The notes under the pieces are model-generated. The model searched no databases and was not told the DNA's origin. It saw only the letters and a list, made by a program, of their open reading frames with translations. A stretch of 64,000 bases of DNA, taken from positions 12,214,001-12,278,000 of the forward strand of contig NC_135830.1 of the NCBI RefSeq assembly GCF_964213995.1. The letters are read 5' to 3'. A program made the position numbers and the translations under genes. The DNA comes from Mustelus asterias (taxonomy: Eukaryota). Shown in pieces: positions 36,772 through 49,185 of the stretch (position 1 is the first letter of the stretch; every line of letters starts with the position of its first letter).

Positions 36772-37629
36772 GTGAGTAGAATCTATTGGCATCAATTACG
36801 GGTGTCACGGTGGCACAGTGGTTAGCACTGCTGCCTCACAGCTCCAGCAATCCAGGTTCGAATCCAGGCTTGGGTTACTGTCTGTGTGGAGGTTGCACGT
36901 TCTCCCCGTGTCTGCGTGGGTTTCCGCCAGATTCTCTGGTTCCTCTCACAGTCCAAAGATGTGCGGGCTATGTTTATTGGTCATGCTGAATTGCCCATTA
37001 GTGTCAGGGAATGTGTAGGTTAGAGGGATTAGTGGGGTAAATTTGTGGGAATAGGTCCTGGGGTGGGATTGTTGTCGGTGCAGACTCGATGGGCCGAATG
37101 GCCTCCTTCTACACTGTAGGGATTCTATGATCTATGAATTTGAGAAGATTCATTTTGCACTCAGAAGTTTTTGGCCTCATTGCAAAAGTGGGGAGAAAAT
37201 TTGCCATTGTGACAAACGAACCTGATGAATTATACAATGATGAAGGAATGTGTCCTTTTCCACTTGCACATAAAGAAGTTCCTCACACAACTAAGTATCT
37301 CACACGTACCAACTATTGATACCACAATACTTCAAAGAATAGTGATCCAACTTTTTTTAAAAAAAGAAAACAATATTTCCTAATGCCAGACTGATTCCGG
37401 GATAGCAGGATTATTAGCTTTGTTTCTCTCTCGACACGTGCTGCCAGACGTACACAGTTTATCCAGAATTGTCTCTTTCTAATTTGCTATTTAATCGGTC
37501 GCACCTGTTTTGAGGGCAGATCGGTCATAAAATTATGCTAAGAGCATGTACTCCCCAGGGTTCTGAAATAGCTGAAGTCTCTGTGGCCTGCCCCAGTGGA
37601 AGCTTTCTGCTTGGGCAATAGTCACTGTG

Positions 37630-37692
37630 TGTATATTGCTGATAATGAAAAACTGATATTCGGCAGCGGCACCCGACTGCAGGTTGTGCCAA
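37630..37692 (+). CDS. TRDJ: Jdelta-3 (YIADNEKLIFGSGTRLQVVP)
   Basis: GCTTTCTGC-12-CACTGTG, FGSG, GTAAGT donor. Confidence 0.92.
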
Positions 37693-39251
37693 GTAAGTGC
37701 GAGTCCACCTTCATTTCCTCCCATTAGATACAGATTTCTGCTGAATGGTGTCGGGTGAAAGGCCGGTAAAGAGCCAAGGCAGTGCTTGGAATGAAGGAGA
37801 AGCCATTGCACCAATCAATTAAGCTATTAGGCACCGAGTATCGAGGTCAGCTCACTGTTCATTAAGCCGTGTCATCAACACCAGTTGAAACATTAGGCAT
37901 CAGTGATGTGACATCGAACTGAAATTGGGTTACTAATAGGATAGAAAATGCCCATTTAGCAGGTTGAGTCAAATGCCCACTGATTTGAGTAATTATCTAC
38001 ATATATTTCATTTTCAAGCTTGTCTTTGTTAAAACTAATAATCTTGCTAAAACTATACAAGGTACGATTTAGACCACATCTGGAACACTGTCCCCTTACA
38101 TTAGGAAACCTATACTGGCATTGGAGGCAGTTCAGGGAAGGCCACTACTTTGATCCCAGGTATGGATATGTTTTTTCGGAGAGTTTGAGTATGTTGGGCC
38201 TCTACTTAGTGGAGTTTAGAAGCATGCGATGTGACCTTATTGAGACTTATTGGATTCTCAGGGGACATGACAAGGTTAGATGCTGAGACGTTATTACCTC
38301 TTGTAGGACCAGAGGTCATAATCCCAAAGTATGAGGTTGCCCATTTATATGATGAAGATTTTCTTCTTTCAAGCCAGCAGTGAATCTGTGGAATCATTTA
38401 CCGCAGAGAGCTGTACAGGTTGAATGTTCAGATTTTTAACCCACAGGGCAATCGAGGGTTACGAGGATACAACGGGAAAGAGGTATTCAGAATTATCACA
38501 TCAGCTAATTCATGATCTCATTGAATGACCGATGGGCCAAATGGCATCCTTCTGCCCCGTCGTCCTATGGTCTCCGGTCTTTGTTAAACTGCTGACACGA
38601 ATGCATGCTTGAAATAAGGCTTCAAAGTGAAATGTTGGTCAACGATTATCAACAACAGGTTGATGTTTTGAACCAGGTGTTATAGTTCAAATTAAAGGGT
38701 CACTCCTTTAAAGACAGATATGAGGAGACTTTTTTCTCTCTTAAAGAGTAGTGAGTCTCGTCATCTCTCTTCTTCAAACATCAAGGGGAACAGGGCCTTT
38801 GATTATTTTAAACACAGCTAGATAGATTCTTGATTAACAAGGGATAAACGGTGATCGGGAGTAGGCAGGAATGTGGGGGTGAGGTTACAATCAGATCAGT
38901 CATGATCTTACTGAATAGCGGTTAGGCTAGAGTGGCCAGTGCCTTACTCCGACTCCCACTTTGCATGTTCGTATGTGTTGATGTCAAACTTTTTTCCCAG
39001 GATTTGTGTCTCCTGGGTGTTCAGGGAGAAGTACCGGTGAAGATGGAAATTGTGAAACACAGTCAATTCATTATCCAAATATTGTTCCCTGATATAGTCA
39101 AAAAAACAGTGGGAGCTAAGTGTGAGGGAGAGGGAGGGAACGGTTATATTTGGTTCAGGAGAGAAGCTAATTAAAAGAAGTGACATGATACAAACTGAAT
39201 GTGAGCTAGCCCTGTGTTCATATGGCTGGGTCGATATTTTGTTGTAGCTGT

Positions 39252-39309
39252 TACTACCGAACTGAGAAGCTTGTCTTTGGCAAAGGGACCAAACTCACTG
39301 TGGAGCCCA
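39252..39309 (+). CDS. TRDJ: Jdelta-4 (YYRTEKLVFGKGTKLTVEP); RSS not recognisable, 5' boundary uncertain
   Basis: FGKG motif and GTAAGT donor at 39310; no convincing heptamer/nonamer pair at the usual distance. Confidence 0.7.
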
Positions 39310-39971
39310 GTAAGTCCTCAACTATCTTCCATCATGATCTGCTTACATTAGGATGACAATCAATATTTACAGTTCCAAACATATCACCAAGTCGTGTTTT
39401 AAAAAAAAATCAGTACACGCTTAAAGGGAGGAGATGCAATATAATGGCCATTCATAACTTGGGGAGGTCTTGTGGTGCAATGGGCTAGAATCCCTACCTC
39501 TGAGCTAGAAACGCCGGGTCCGAGTCCCTACCCTTGGACTTGATGAACAAGAAAGGTGAGAAAGCAACGCTGCCAAAGATTGGGAGTGAGAGGGAGACTC
39601 CTGCTCAGCCACGCTTGATGTGTAGTATGGCTCTCTCAAGCTCTAAACCCTTCGCAAAAGCCGAGCGACGTGTTGCAGCAATAGCTATCACTGAAGGCAG
39701 AAGAATTCTGCCTAAATGCACCACTCGGTGCGGAGAGGCAACTTGGCTTTAAATTTGGCCTTGGATGTGCTTAGCTTTGTAGAATGTTATCAGATGTATT
39801 GTTCATCTCTTGGCGATAGATAATTTTTAAGGTTTACCATTCGCACATCATGGCAGTTGTTGAGGCTCCCACTGACATCAGTGAATATGCCAGTGTCCTT
39901 GCTGTGTACACTGGATGGAATCTGAATGAGCTGATGCACTGGTAGCTTTCTGCTGGTAACTAGTCACGGTG

Positions 39972-40037
39972 CTCATTACTATGACGGTACTTATAAACTC
40001 GTCTTTGGCTACGGGAAACAACTGAATGTTGTGCCAA
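39972..40037 (+). pseudogene. TRDJ: Jdelta-5 (HYYDGTYKLVFGYGKQLNVVP), splice donor mutated
   Basis: GCTTTCTGC-11/12-CACGGTG; donor reads ATAAGT. Confidence 0.8.
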
Positions 40038-40660
40038 ATAAGTGCCAGGTGATTTCTCTTTACCCTTCGATGGATATTTCTGCAGAATCCATGTCTGGCG
40101 AATGGTGACAAAGAGGGAAAGTAACGCTTAAAATTAAAAACAAGCTGTTAGATGGATTTATGTATCATTAGATAATTAATTAGAACGATAGAGATCCAGA
40201 GGATATAATCAGCAAATTCGTAGATGATACACAAATTGGTGGTGTGGTAAATAGCGAGGAGGAAAGCCTTACATTACAGGTCGATATTGAAGGACTGGTC
40301 AAATGGGCAGAGCAGTGGAAAATTGAAATTTAACTCTAAAAAGTGTAAGCTGATGTATTTTGGGAGGACTAACAGGGCCAGGGAATATACAGAAGTTAAT
40401 TGAAACTGCATGGAAGGAAAGTTAAACTGCTAGCTATGTCTTGTACTTTTTGAAATAGAGTACAGCAAATAAAGCAAAAGGGTTAAATGGGGATGGATTT
40501 CAGGGAGAGGAATAGTTCTATTTTTGCTTTGGAGATCACCTGGCATTACAATTTGAATCCCAATCGATGGTCAAATCACCAGGTCAAGCAGGTCAAAAAC
40601 AACCTCTTGCAATACTGTCAGCACGGGAGTTACGGATTTGTGTAGCATCTTCCATGATTG

Positions 40661-41269
40661 GCCAGAACATTGATTACAGGAGTTGGGACGTTTTGTTGAA
40701 GTTGTACAAGACATTGGTAAGGTCACATTTGGAATACTGTGTACAATTCTGGTCACCCGATTATAGAAAGTATATTATTAAACTAGAAAGAGTGCAGAAA
40801 AGATTTACTAGGATGCGACCGGGACTTGATGGTTTGAGGCTGGATAGACTGGGACTTTTTTATCTGGAGTGTAGAAGATTGAGGTGTGATCTTTAGCGGT
40901 TAATAAAATAATGAGGGGTATAGATCAGCTCGATAGTCAGTTTCTTTCCCCAAAGGTAGGGACGTCTAAAACTAGAGGGCATAGGTTTATGGTGAGAGGG
41001 GCGAGATACAAATGTGTCCAGAGCGGCAATTATGTCACGCAGAGGGTGGTGAATGTCTGGAACAAGCTGCCAGAGGTAGTAGTAGAGGCGGGTACAATTT
41101 TGTCTTTTAGAAAGCATTTAGACAGTTATATTGGTAAGATGGGTACAGAGGAATATGGGCCAAATGCAGGCAATTGGGATTAGCTTAGGGGTTTAAAAAA
41201 AGGCTTCATAGACAAGTTAGGCCGAAGGGCCTGTTTCCATGCTGTAAACCTCTATGAATCTCTGACTCT
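40661..41269 (+). mobile_element. 5'-truncated CR1 inserted into a Jdelta RSS heptamer
   Basis: ORFs 40567..40896 and 40911..41183; TSD ATGATTG at 40654-60 and 41270-76. Confidence 0.85.
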
Positions 41270-41278
41270 ATGATTGTA

Positions 41279-41338
41279 TCATCCCCACATCTGAAAGGCC
41301 GATCCTTGGTACTTGAACAAAACTCACTGTGGAACCTC
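41279..41338 (+). pseudogene. TRDJ: Jdelta-6 pseudogene (IPTSERPILGT*TKLTVEP)
   Basis: TKLTVEP end; FGxG decayed to LGT*; donor GCATGC; RSS reconstructed across the CR1 as GATTTGTGT-12-GATTGTA. Confidence 0.75.
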
Positions 41339-41635
41339 GCATGCATCCTCACAAAGTGCAATGGTCTCACCCAGCATTTACAGAAAATCTGAACCATATT
41401 TGCTGAGATTGTAAAGTGGATAGAAATATATGACATATGGAGCTAACAGGCAAGGAGTGGGAATTAAATGTAAATTGGTGGATGGGGCGAACATATTTAT
41501 TTCAGGATATAACCTGCCCTGACTATTGAAGTCAGCAGAATCTGAAATTGAACTCAAAACTCAAACTCAGGATAAATAAAATATAAATGAATCTTATATT
41601 TCTGCTCAGGTGTTTGTACTTTTTGCCGCATTATG

Positions 41636-41705
41636 TACACATGTACTAGCACCAGAACTTTGAATCTTATCTTTGGCAGAGGAAACAAATTCACTGCGCA
41701 ATCCA
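41636..41705 (+). pseudogene. TRDJ: Jdelta-7 (YTCTSTRTLNLIFGRGNKFTAQS), donor mutated
   Basis: GGTGTTTGT-11-CATTATG; FGRG; donor ATAAGT. Confidence 0.75.
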
Positions 41706-42239
41706 ATAAGTGGTTTTAAATTTTCAGTTTGGACCTGGTTAGAGTATGAGTAACTGAAGTTACCTCGTTTTTTTGTTGCGTCGGAAATGGGCATTGCTGG
41801 CTAGGCCAGCACTTACATAGCCTGTCCCTCAATGTGGAAGGCAGTGGTGAGCTGCCTTCTTGAACCTGCTGCACTCGTCCATGTGTTGTGTGTATCATTC
41901 CATTCCTGCCTACAAAACATTTCCATTCTGTACAGAGATTGTGGGGAGTGTGGTGGCCAATGGCTACTTGAAGTTAGCAAGTGCATTAAGTTTCTGACCA
42001 TTCTTTCCCTCAAAGTTCCTTTTTGCACGATGCAAGTAAATAATTTATTGACCTATTACGTTCAAATGGGTGGGAAGTGAGGGGGGAGACATTTATATTT
42101 TTCGCTGGATATAACCTGCCCTGGCTATTGAAGTCAGCAAAATCTGAAATTGAATTCAAACTCAAACTTAGGAGACATATAATATAAATAAATCATTCTT
42201 CTGCTCATGTGGTTGGGTTTAGTTTTTTGTCCCATTGTG

Positions 42240-42309
42240 TACAGATGTGCTGGCACCAGAACTTTGTAACTTGTCTTTGGCAGAGGCAACAAATTCACTT
42301 TGCGACCCA
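42240..42309 (+). pseudogene. TRDJ: Jdelta-8 pseudogene (YRCAGTRTL*LVFGRGNKFTLRP), paralog of Jdelta-7
   Basis: CATTGTG heptamer 42233-39; in-frame TAA; donor ATAAGA. Confidence 0.75.
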
Positions 42310-42510
42310 ATAAGACATTTGAAAACGTCAGTTTGGATCTGGTTGGAACATAAGTAATTGACCTTTCCTTAAAGGTTCTCAAGGGCTCACCCTCATGTGA
42401 ACTTTGTATATTCCCCTGCCTCCGAATTAATGAGTATGCTTCATCATTACTAAAGGACATCTGCAACTTCACTCCAATGGAAGGTCTATGTCTGTGCCCT
42501 TTATACTATA

Positions 42511-42560
42511 CATTATGACTATACTGTGAAGCTGCGGCACCCAGTTGACAGTTGTGCCAA
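42511..42560 (+). pseudogene. TRDJ: Jdelta-9 pseudogene (HYDYTVKL..deletion..GTQLTVVP)
   Basis: GGTCTATGT-12-TACTATA; FG codons deleted; GTGAGT donor intact. Confidence 0.7.
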
Positions 42561-42705
42561 GTGAGTACGATTGGAAGTTACTCTCATTCTGTTTCATGTC
42601 GATTATTTTTTCGCTATATTGTGTCTGACAAATAGCAACCAGGGCAACGATACAACGTATTACATGAAATACAAGTGAAGGCATTCTGTCCGTAAAATGA
42701 ACTTC

Positions 42706-45655
42706 AGAAAGATAGAACATGGAACATTACATCGCAGTACAGGCCCTTCGGCCTTCGATGTTGCGCCGACCAGTGAAACCAATCTAAAGCCCATCTATCC
42801 TCCACTATTCCAAAATCATCCATATGTTTATCCAATGACCATTTAAATGCCCTTAATGTTGGCGAGTCCACTACTGCTGCAGGCAGAGCATTCCATGCCC
42901 TCACTAATCTCTGAGTGAAGAACCTACCTCTGACATCTGTCCTAAATCTATCACCCCTCAATTTAAAGCTATGTGCCCTCGTGCTAGCTATCACCATCCG
43001 AGGAAAAAGGCTCTCACTATCCACCCTATCTAATCCTCTGATCATTTTGTATGCCTCTATTAAGTCACCTCTTAACCTTCTTCTCTCTAACGAATACAAC
43101 CTCAAGTCCCTCAGCCTTTCCTCATAAGACCTTCCCACCATACCAGGCAACATCCTAGTAAATCTCCTCTGCACCCTTTCCAATGCTTCCACATCCCTCC
43201 TACAATGCGGCGACCAGAACTGTACGCAATACTCCAAGTGCGGACGCACCAGAGTTTTGTACAGCTGCAACATGACCTCCTGGCTACGAAACTCAATCCC
43301 TCTATCAATAAAAGCGAACACTCTGTACACCTCCTTAACAACCCTATCAACCTGGGTGCCAACTTTCAGGGATCTATGCACATGGACACCGAGATTTCTC
43401 TGCTCATCCACACTACCAAGTATTTACCATTAGCCCAGTACTCTGTATTCCTGTTACTCCTTCCAAAGTGAATCACCTCACACTTTTCCGCATTGACCTC
43501 GATTTGCCACCTCTCAGCCCAGCACTGCAGCTTATCTATGTCCCTCTGTAACCTGCAACAACCCTCTGCACTGTCCACAACTCCACTGACTTTAGTGTCA
43601 TCCGCAAATTTACTAACCCATCCTTCTTCGCCCTCATCCAGGTCATTTATAAAAATGACAAACAGCAGTGGCCCCAAAACAGATCCTTGCGGTACACCAC
43701 TAGTAACTGAACTCCAGGATAAACATTTCCCATCAACGACCACCCTCTGTCTTCTTACAACTCGCCAATTCCTGATCCAAACTGCTAAATCACCCTCAAT
43801 CCCATGCCTCCGTATCTTCTGCAATAGCTTACCGTGGGGAAACTTATCAAACGCTTTACTGAAATCCATATACACCACATCAATTGCTTAACCCTCATCC
43901 ACCTCTTTGGTCACCTTCTCAAAGAACTCAGCAAGGTTTGTGAGGCACGACCTACCCTTCATAAAACCGTGTTGACTATCCCTAATCAAATTATTCCTTT
44001 CTAGATTATTATAAATCCTATCTCTTATAATCCTTTCCAAAACTTTGCCCACAACAGAAGTAAGGCTCACTGGTCTATAATTACCAGGGTTGCCTCTACT
44101 CCCCTTCTTGTTGTGGTGTATATGGATTTCAGCAAAGCGTTTGATAAGGTTCCCCGTAGTAAGCTTTTGCAGAAAATACGGACACATGGGATTGAGGGTG
44201 ATTGAGTGGTTTGGATCAGGAATTGGCTAGCTGTAAGAAAACAGAGGGTGGTGGTTGATGGGAAATATTCATCCTGGAGTTCAGTTACTAGTGGTGTACC
44301 GCAAGGATCTGTTTTGGGGCCACTGCTGTTTGTCATTTTTATTAATGACTTGGATGAGGGCGTGGAAGGATGGATTAGTAAATTTGCGGATGACACTAAA
44401 GTCGGTGGAGTTGTAGACAGTGCGGAGGGAAGTGACAGGTGACAGAGTGATATAGATAAGCTGCAGAGCTGGGCTGAGAGGTGGCAAATGGAGTTTAATG
44501 CGGAAAGGTGTGAGGTGATTCACTTTGGAAGGAGTAACAGGAATACAGAGTACTGGGCTAATGGTAAGATACTTGGTAGTGTGGATGAACAGAGGGATCT
44601 GGGTGTCCATGTGCATAGATCCCTGAAAGTTGGCACCCAGGTTGATAGGGTTGTTAAGAAGGCGTATGGTGTGTTAGCTTTTATTGGTGGAGGGATTGAG
44701 TTTCTGAGCCAGGAGCTCATGCTGCAACTGTACAAAACTCTGGTGCGGCCGCATTTGGAGTATTGCGTACAGTTCTGGTCGCCATATTATAGGAAAGATG
44801 TGGAAGTGTTGGAAAGGGTGCAGAGGAGATTTACCAGGATGTTGCCTGGTATGGTGGGAAAATCGTATGAGGAAAGGCTGAGGGGCTTGAGGTTGTTTTC
44901 GTTAGAGAGAAGAAGGTTAAGAGGTGACTTAATAGAGGCATGCAAGATGATCAGAGGATTAGATAGGGTGGATAGTGAGAGCCTTTTTCTTCGGATGGTG
45001 TTGGCTAGCACGAGGGGACATAGCTTTAAATTGAGGGGTGAGAGATATAGGACAGATGTTAGAGGTAGGTTCTTTACTCAGAGAGTAGTAAGGGCGTGGA
45101 ATGCCCTGCCTGCAGCAGTGGTGGACTCGTCAACGTTGAGAGCGTTCAAGTGGATAAACATATGGATGATATTGGAATAGTGTAGATTAGAGGGGCTTTA
45201 GATTGGTACCACTGGTCGGCGCAACATCGAGGGCCGAAGGGCCTGTACTGCACTGTAATGTTCTATGTTCTATATTCTTGAACAAGGGGACAACATTTGC
45301 TATCCTCCAGTCTTCTGACACTATTCCTGTAGTCAATGACGACATAAAGGTCAAAGCCAAAGGCTCTGCAATCTCCTCCCTAGCCTCCCAGAGAATCCTG
45401 GGATAAATCCTATCCGGCCCAGGGGACTTATCTATTTTCACACTGCCCAGAATTGCTAACGCCTCCTCCTTATTAACCTCAATCCCGTCTAGTCCAATAG
45501 CCTGTATCTCAGTATTCTCCTCGACAACATTGTCTTTTTCCTGCGTGAATACTGACGAAAAATATTCATTTAGCGCCTCTCCTATCTCTTCAGGCTCCAC
45601 GCACAACTTCCCATTACTGTCCTTGACTGGCCCTAATCTTACCCTTGTCATTCCC
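42706..45655 (-). mobile_element. Minus-strand CR1 (42706-44110 plus 45275-45655) interrupted by a plus-strand CR1 of the same subfamily (44111-45274)
   Basis: RT ORFs on both strands; TSD TTCTTG at 44105-10 and 45275-80. Confidence 0.92.
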
Positions 45656-46024
45656 TAGTCATTACCCTCGATAGATGGATAGCGAGCTCAGATCTCAATG
45701 CTTAGTTAGACATGCCGCAGGTGGCAGACCAATCTCTGGGCCTCAGCAATGTGACAGACATGGATGTGCGACTCACTGGGTGACCTTGCATCCTGGTGAA
45801 GTTATGTAACTGGAGGGAAGCGATGTCCTGCTCGTATTACCGCAAAATTATTAACTTCGAAACTCAGCGAATATGTGAGGGACCTGGGTTCGAATCCCGT
45901 CATGGCAGATAGTGGAATTTGAATTCAATAATCTGGAATTAAGAATCTACTGGTGACCAGGAAAACCATTGTCGATTGTCGGAAAAACCCATCTGGTTCA
46001 TTAATTTCCTCTCGGGAAGGAAAC

Positions 46025-47300
46025 ATAGGAACATTGAAAATGGGAGCAGGAAGGGGCGTTTGGCCTTTCAAGCATGATCTGCCATTTATTATGATCATGG
46101 TTGATCATCCACTCAATAGCCTAATCCTGCTTTCTCCCCATTAACCTTTGATCCCATTCGCTTCAAGTGCTATATCCAGCCGCTTCTTGAATACATTCAA
46201 TCTTTTGGCAACAACTACTTCCTGTGGTAATAAATTTCACAGGCTCACCACTCTTTGGGTTAAGAAATGTCTCCTCACCTCCGTCCTAAATGGTCTACCC
46301 GGAATCCTCAGACCCCTGGTTCTGGACTCCCGCACCATCGGGAATATCCTCTCTTCATCTACTATGCCTTGTCCTGTTCGAATTTTATAAGTCTCTATGA
46401 GATCCATTGTCATCCCTTTAAGTAAGTCTCCCTAATCTATGAAGGCCAAATCACGCCTCATATCTTCATAGTCTCCTTGATTAAGATTCAGCACAGTAGT
46501 CTCCGAGTCAACTACTTCACTCTCCACCTTGATAAAAAATTCTCTCATGTTTTGTTCACTCATCCCCAAGGGGTCTTGCACAGCTCGATTGGCAATTATT
46601 ACCTTCTCACGACACAGTACCCAGTCTAAGGTGACCTGCTCCCTCGTTGGTTCCTTCACATATTGGTCAGGGAAACTATCCCGTATCCGGTCCAGGAAAT
46701 CCTTCTCTACAGCATTGTGGCTAATTTGATTTACTCAATCAACGTGCGGATTAAAATCACCCTTGATCACATGTATTTCTAATTGCGTGTTTAATGCCAT
46801 TTCCAACATCACCACTGCAGTTTCGCGGTCTGTATATGACACCCACTGATGTTTTCTGCCCCTTGGTATCTCTCAACTCTACCCATATAGACTCCACATT
46901 ATCAGAGCTAATATCGGTTCTCACCAGTTTGTTAATTTCCTCTTTAACCAGCAGTGCCGCTCCACCACCTTTTCCTTTATGCCTGTCCTTCCTAAATACT
47001 GAATACCCTGGGACATTCAGTTCCCATTCTTGGGAACCCTGCAGCCGTGTCTCCATAATTCCAATTATAGCATGCCCATTTATATCTATCTGCAAGATTA
47101 GTTCATCCACTCTATTGCCAATGCTCCGCGCATTAAGGCACAGAGCCTTTCAGCTTGTCTTTTTAACATTAATTGTCTCGTTTTTGAATTTTGTCCTTGG
47201 TTTCTCTGTATATAATTTTTCGTATTCCCTTTTCCACCTCTTGATTTTATCCTTGTTCCCTCCTTCTCTGACTCCTTACATAATTTCCCAACCACCTGGC
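46025..47300 (-). mobile_element. Internally deleted CR1 (endonuclease region plus 3' end)
   Basis: Minus ORFs 46757..47110 (IIGIMET.L...RKDR..GKGGGAALLVKE) and 46432..46659. Confidence 0.8.
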
Positions 47301-48287
47301 ATATTAGTTTCATTGGGTGACCTTGCAGTATTGTGAGGTGGTGAAACTGGGGGTAGACGATAGCCTAGTGGCGTTATCGCTAGATTATTAATCCAGGAAA
47401 TCAACTAGTGTTCTGGGGACCCTGCATTCAAATCCCTCCACGGCAGATGGTGGAATTTGAATTCAATAATCTGGAATTAAGAATCTACTGTTGACGATGC
47501 AAACCACTGTTGGAAAAACCCATCTCGTTGAGTAATGTCCTTTAGAGAAAGAAATCTGCCATTCTTATTAGATCTGGCCAACATGTGCAATTTGATTGAC
47601 ACTCAAGGGCAATTGGGAATCGATAATAAACTCTGGCCAGCCAAAGGTGCCCATGTCCCACGAATGGACAAAAAATATCTCTCTTTTGGAAAATGAGCTC
47701 GAGTAACTGTTGATTCAAGTAAACATAAACGCATCTTTCAGACTCAACATGTCTGTTTACCTCTTCGAAATATAACAGGATTATGACAATAAGAACAGAT
47801 AATGCTGGGAAAAACCACAGCAGATCAGGCAGCATCTGTAAGGAGAGAAAGCTTAGCTAACAAATTAAAGACTATCCGTTGAATTGTATTTCTTTTCTGC
47901 CAGGTTTTGAGGCGTCACTGGCAAAGCCATGTTGCAAATTTCTGTTAAGCCAATTCAGAGATTGGCAGTGCAGGCAGAACCTTGTTCCTATGTTACCTAA
48001 CAAAGTTTCAGAGGCAAAATATACTTCTTGCAGGGGGAGGACGTGGGTGGCTATATTTGACCAGTGGCTGCCTTGGCTCAGAAATTCTTCACGTTGATAG
48101 AATCTTAGAGAATCCAAGGAGGCTATTCGGCCCATTTAGCCTGTGATGGTGGGGAGGGGGAAGATATGCAATATCTGTCTCCTGCAGCGAATCAGTGACT
48201 GTTCCAGCTTTGTCTTTGCCGTGAACTGCCTGAAATCTGAAACAGTTATCTCAATAGAAGGTTTCTGTCTGAGCAATTGTTACTGTG

Positions 48288-48337
48288 CTACGAAAAGCTA
48301 ACGTTCGGCAACGGCACCCAGGTGACAGTTGTACCAA
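48288..48337 (+). CDS. TRDJ: Jdelta-10 (YEKLTFGNGTQVTVVP)
   Basis: GGTTTCTGT-12-TACTGTG, FGNG, GTGAGT donor. Confidence 0.92.
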
Positions 48338-49125
48338 GTGAGTGTGAAGTCAGTGTGTTTCTATTCTTTCACTCCACATCTCCTCTGTGATCTAGTTTTC
48401 TGTTGTAAGTAGTCTAGTCGAGTTGGGCAGAGTGCCAATATAATATGTGGCATGCAGGCGAAGAGATTGCACAGTTTTGAGTCAGTTTTGATCTAGCTCA
48501 GCCTACCCAGTCATTAGAGGTACATGGGACAGGAGTTGGGACTGCACGCCTCAGTAATATGGTATTGAACTGAGAAGCAGATTTGTGTACTGTGGACGGG
48601 ATAGGAAGATTCCACCCAGAGAGTTGATCAAAAAGAAAGAGGGGAGACGAATAAGCACCATTGTTCTGTTTAAACCTTTGTAATTGTGAATTACACAGGC
48701 TTTTCATTTTGTTGTTGAAAAATAAATTCTCCTCATATCAGTCCCATATTCTTTGATTATGAACCCCGGTTCTGGACCCTGCCGCCATCCTGCATTTATC
48801 GTGTCGAATCCTGCATTATGGGTTTTAATGAGATCTTCTCCTCCTGCCTCCCTTCTTCTGAACCCCAGACAATAAAATCCTAACCTACTCAATCTCCCCT
48901 CATATGTCAGTCCCGCAACTCCAGAATCTGTCCGGTGAACCTTCGCTGCACTCCCTCTTTAGCCAGAACATCCTTCCTCGGATATTATTTTGCATTTATT
49001 TCTGGACGTAATAATGAACCAGCTGTGGAAGCAAATCGAATCTCAAAAACCTTAGCATGAAAAACAATCCTTACATTGCTATTCATGTGGGTTATGTCGA
49101 TTTTGTACCATCTGGAATCACTGTG

Positions 49126-49185
49126 CAAACCCTGCAACCAGAAAGCTTACCTTTGGCAGTGGAACCGAACTCACTGTAGAACCCA
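49126..49185 (+). CDS. TRDJ: Jdelta-11 (NPATRKLTFGSGTELTVEP)
   Basis: CGATTTTGT-12-CACTGTG, FGSG, GTAAGT donor. Confidence 0.92.

Noticed and set aside
40038-42315. ATAAGT donors as minor-spliceosome AT-AC introns
   Set aside because: They do not match the U12 consensus ATATCCT, and the Cdelta acceptor is AG.
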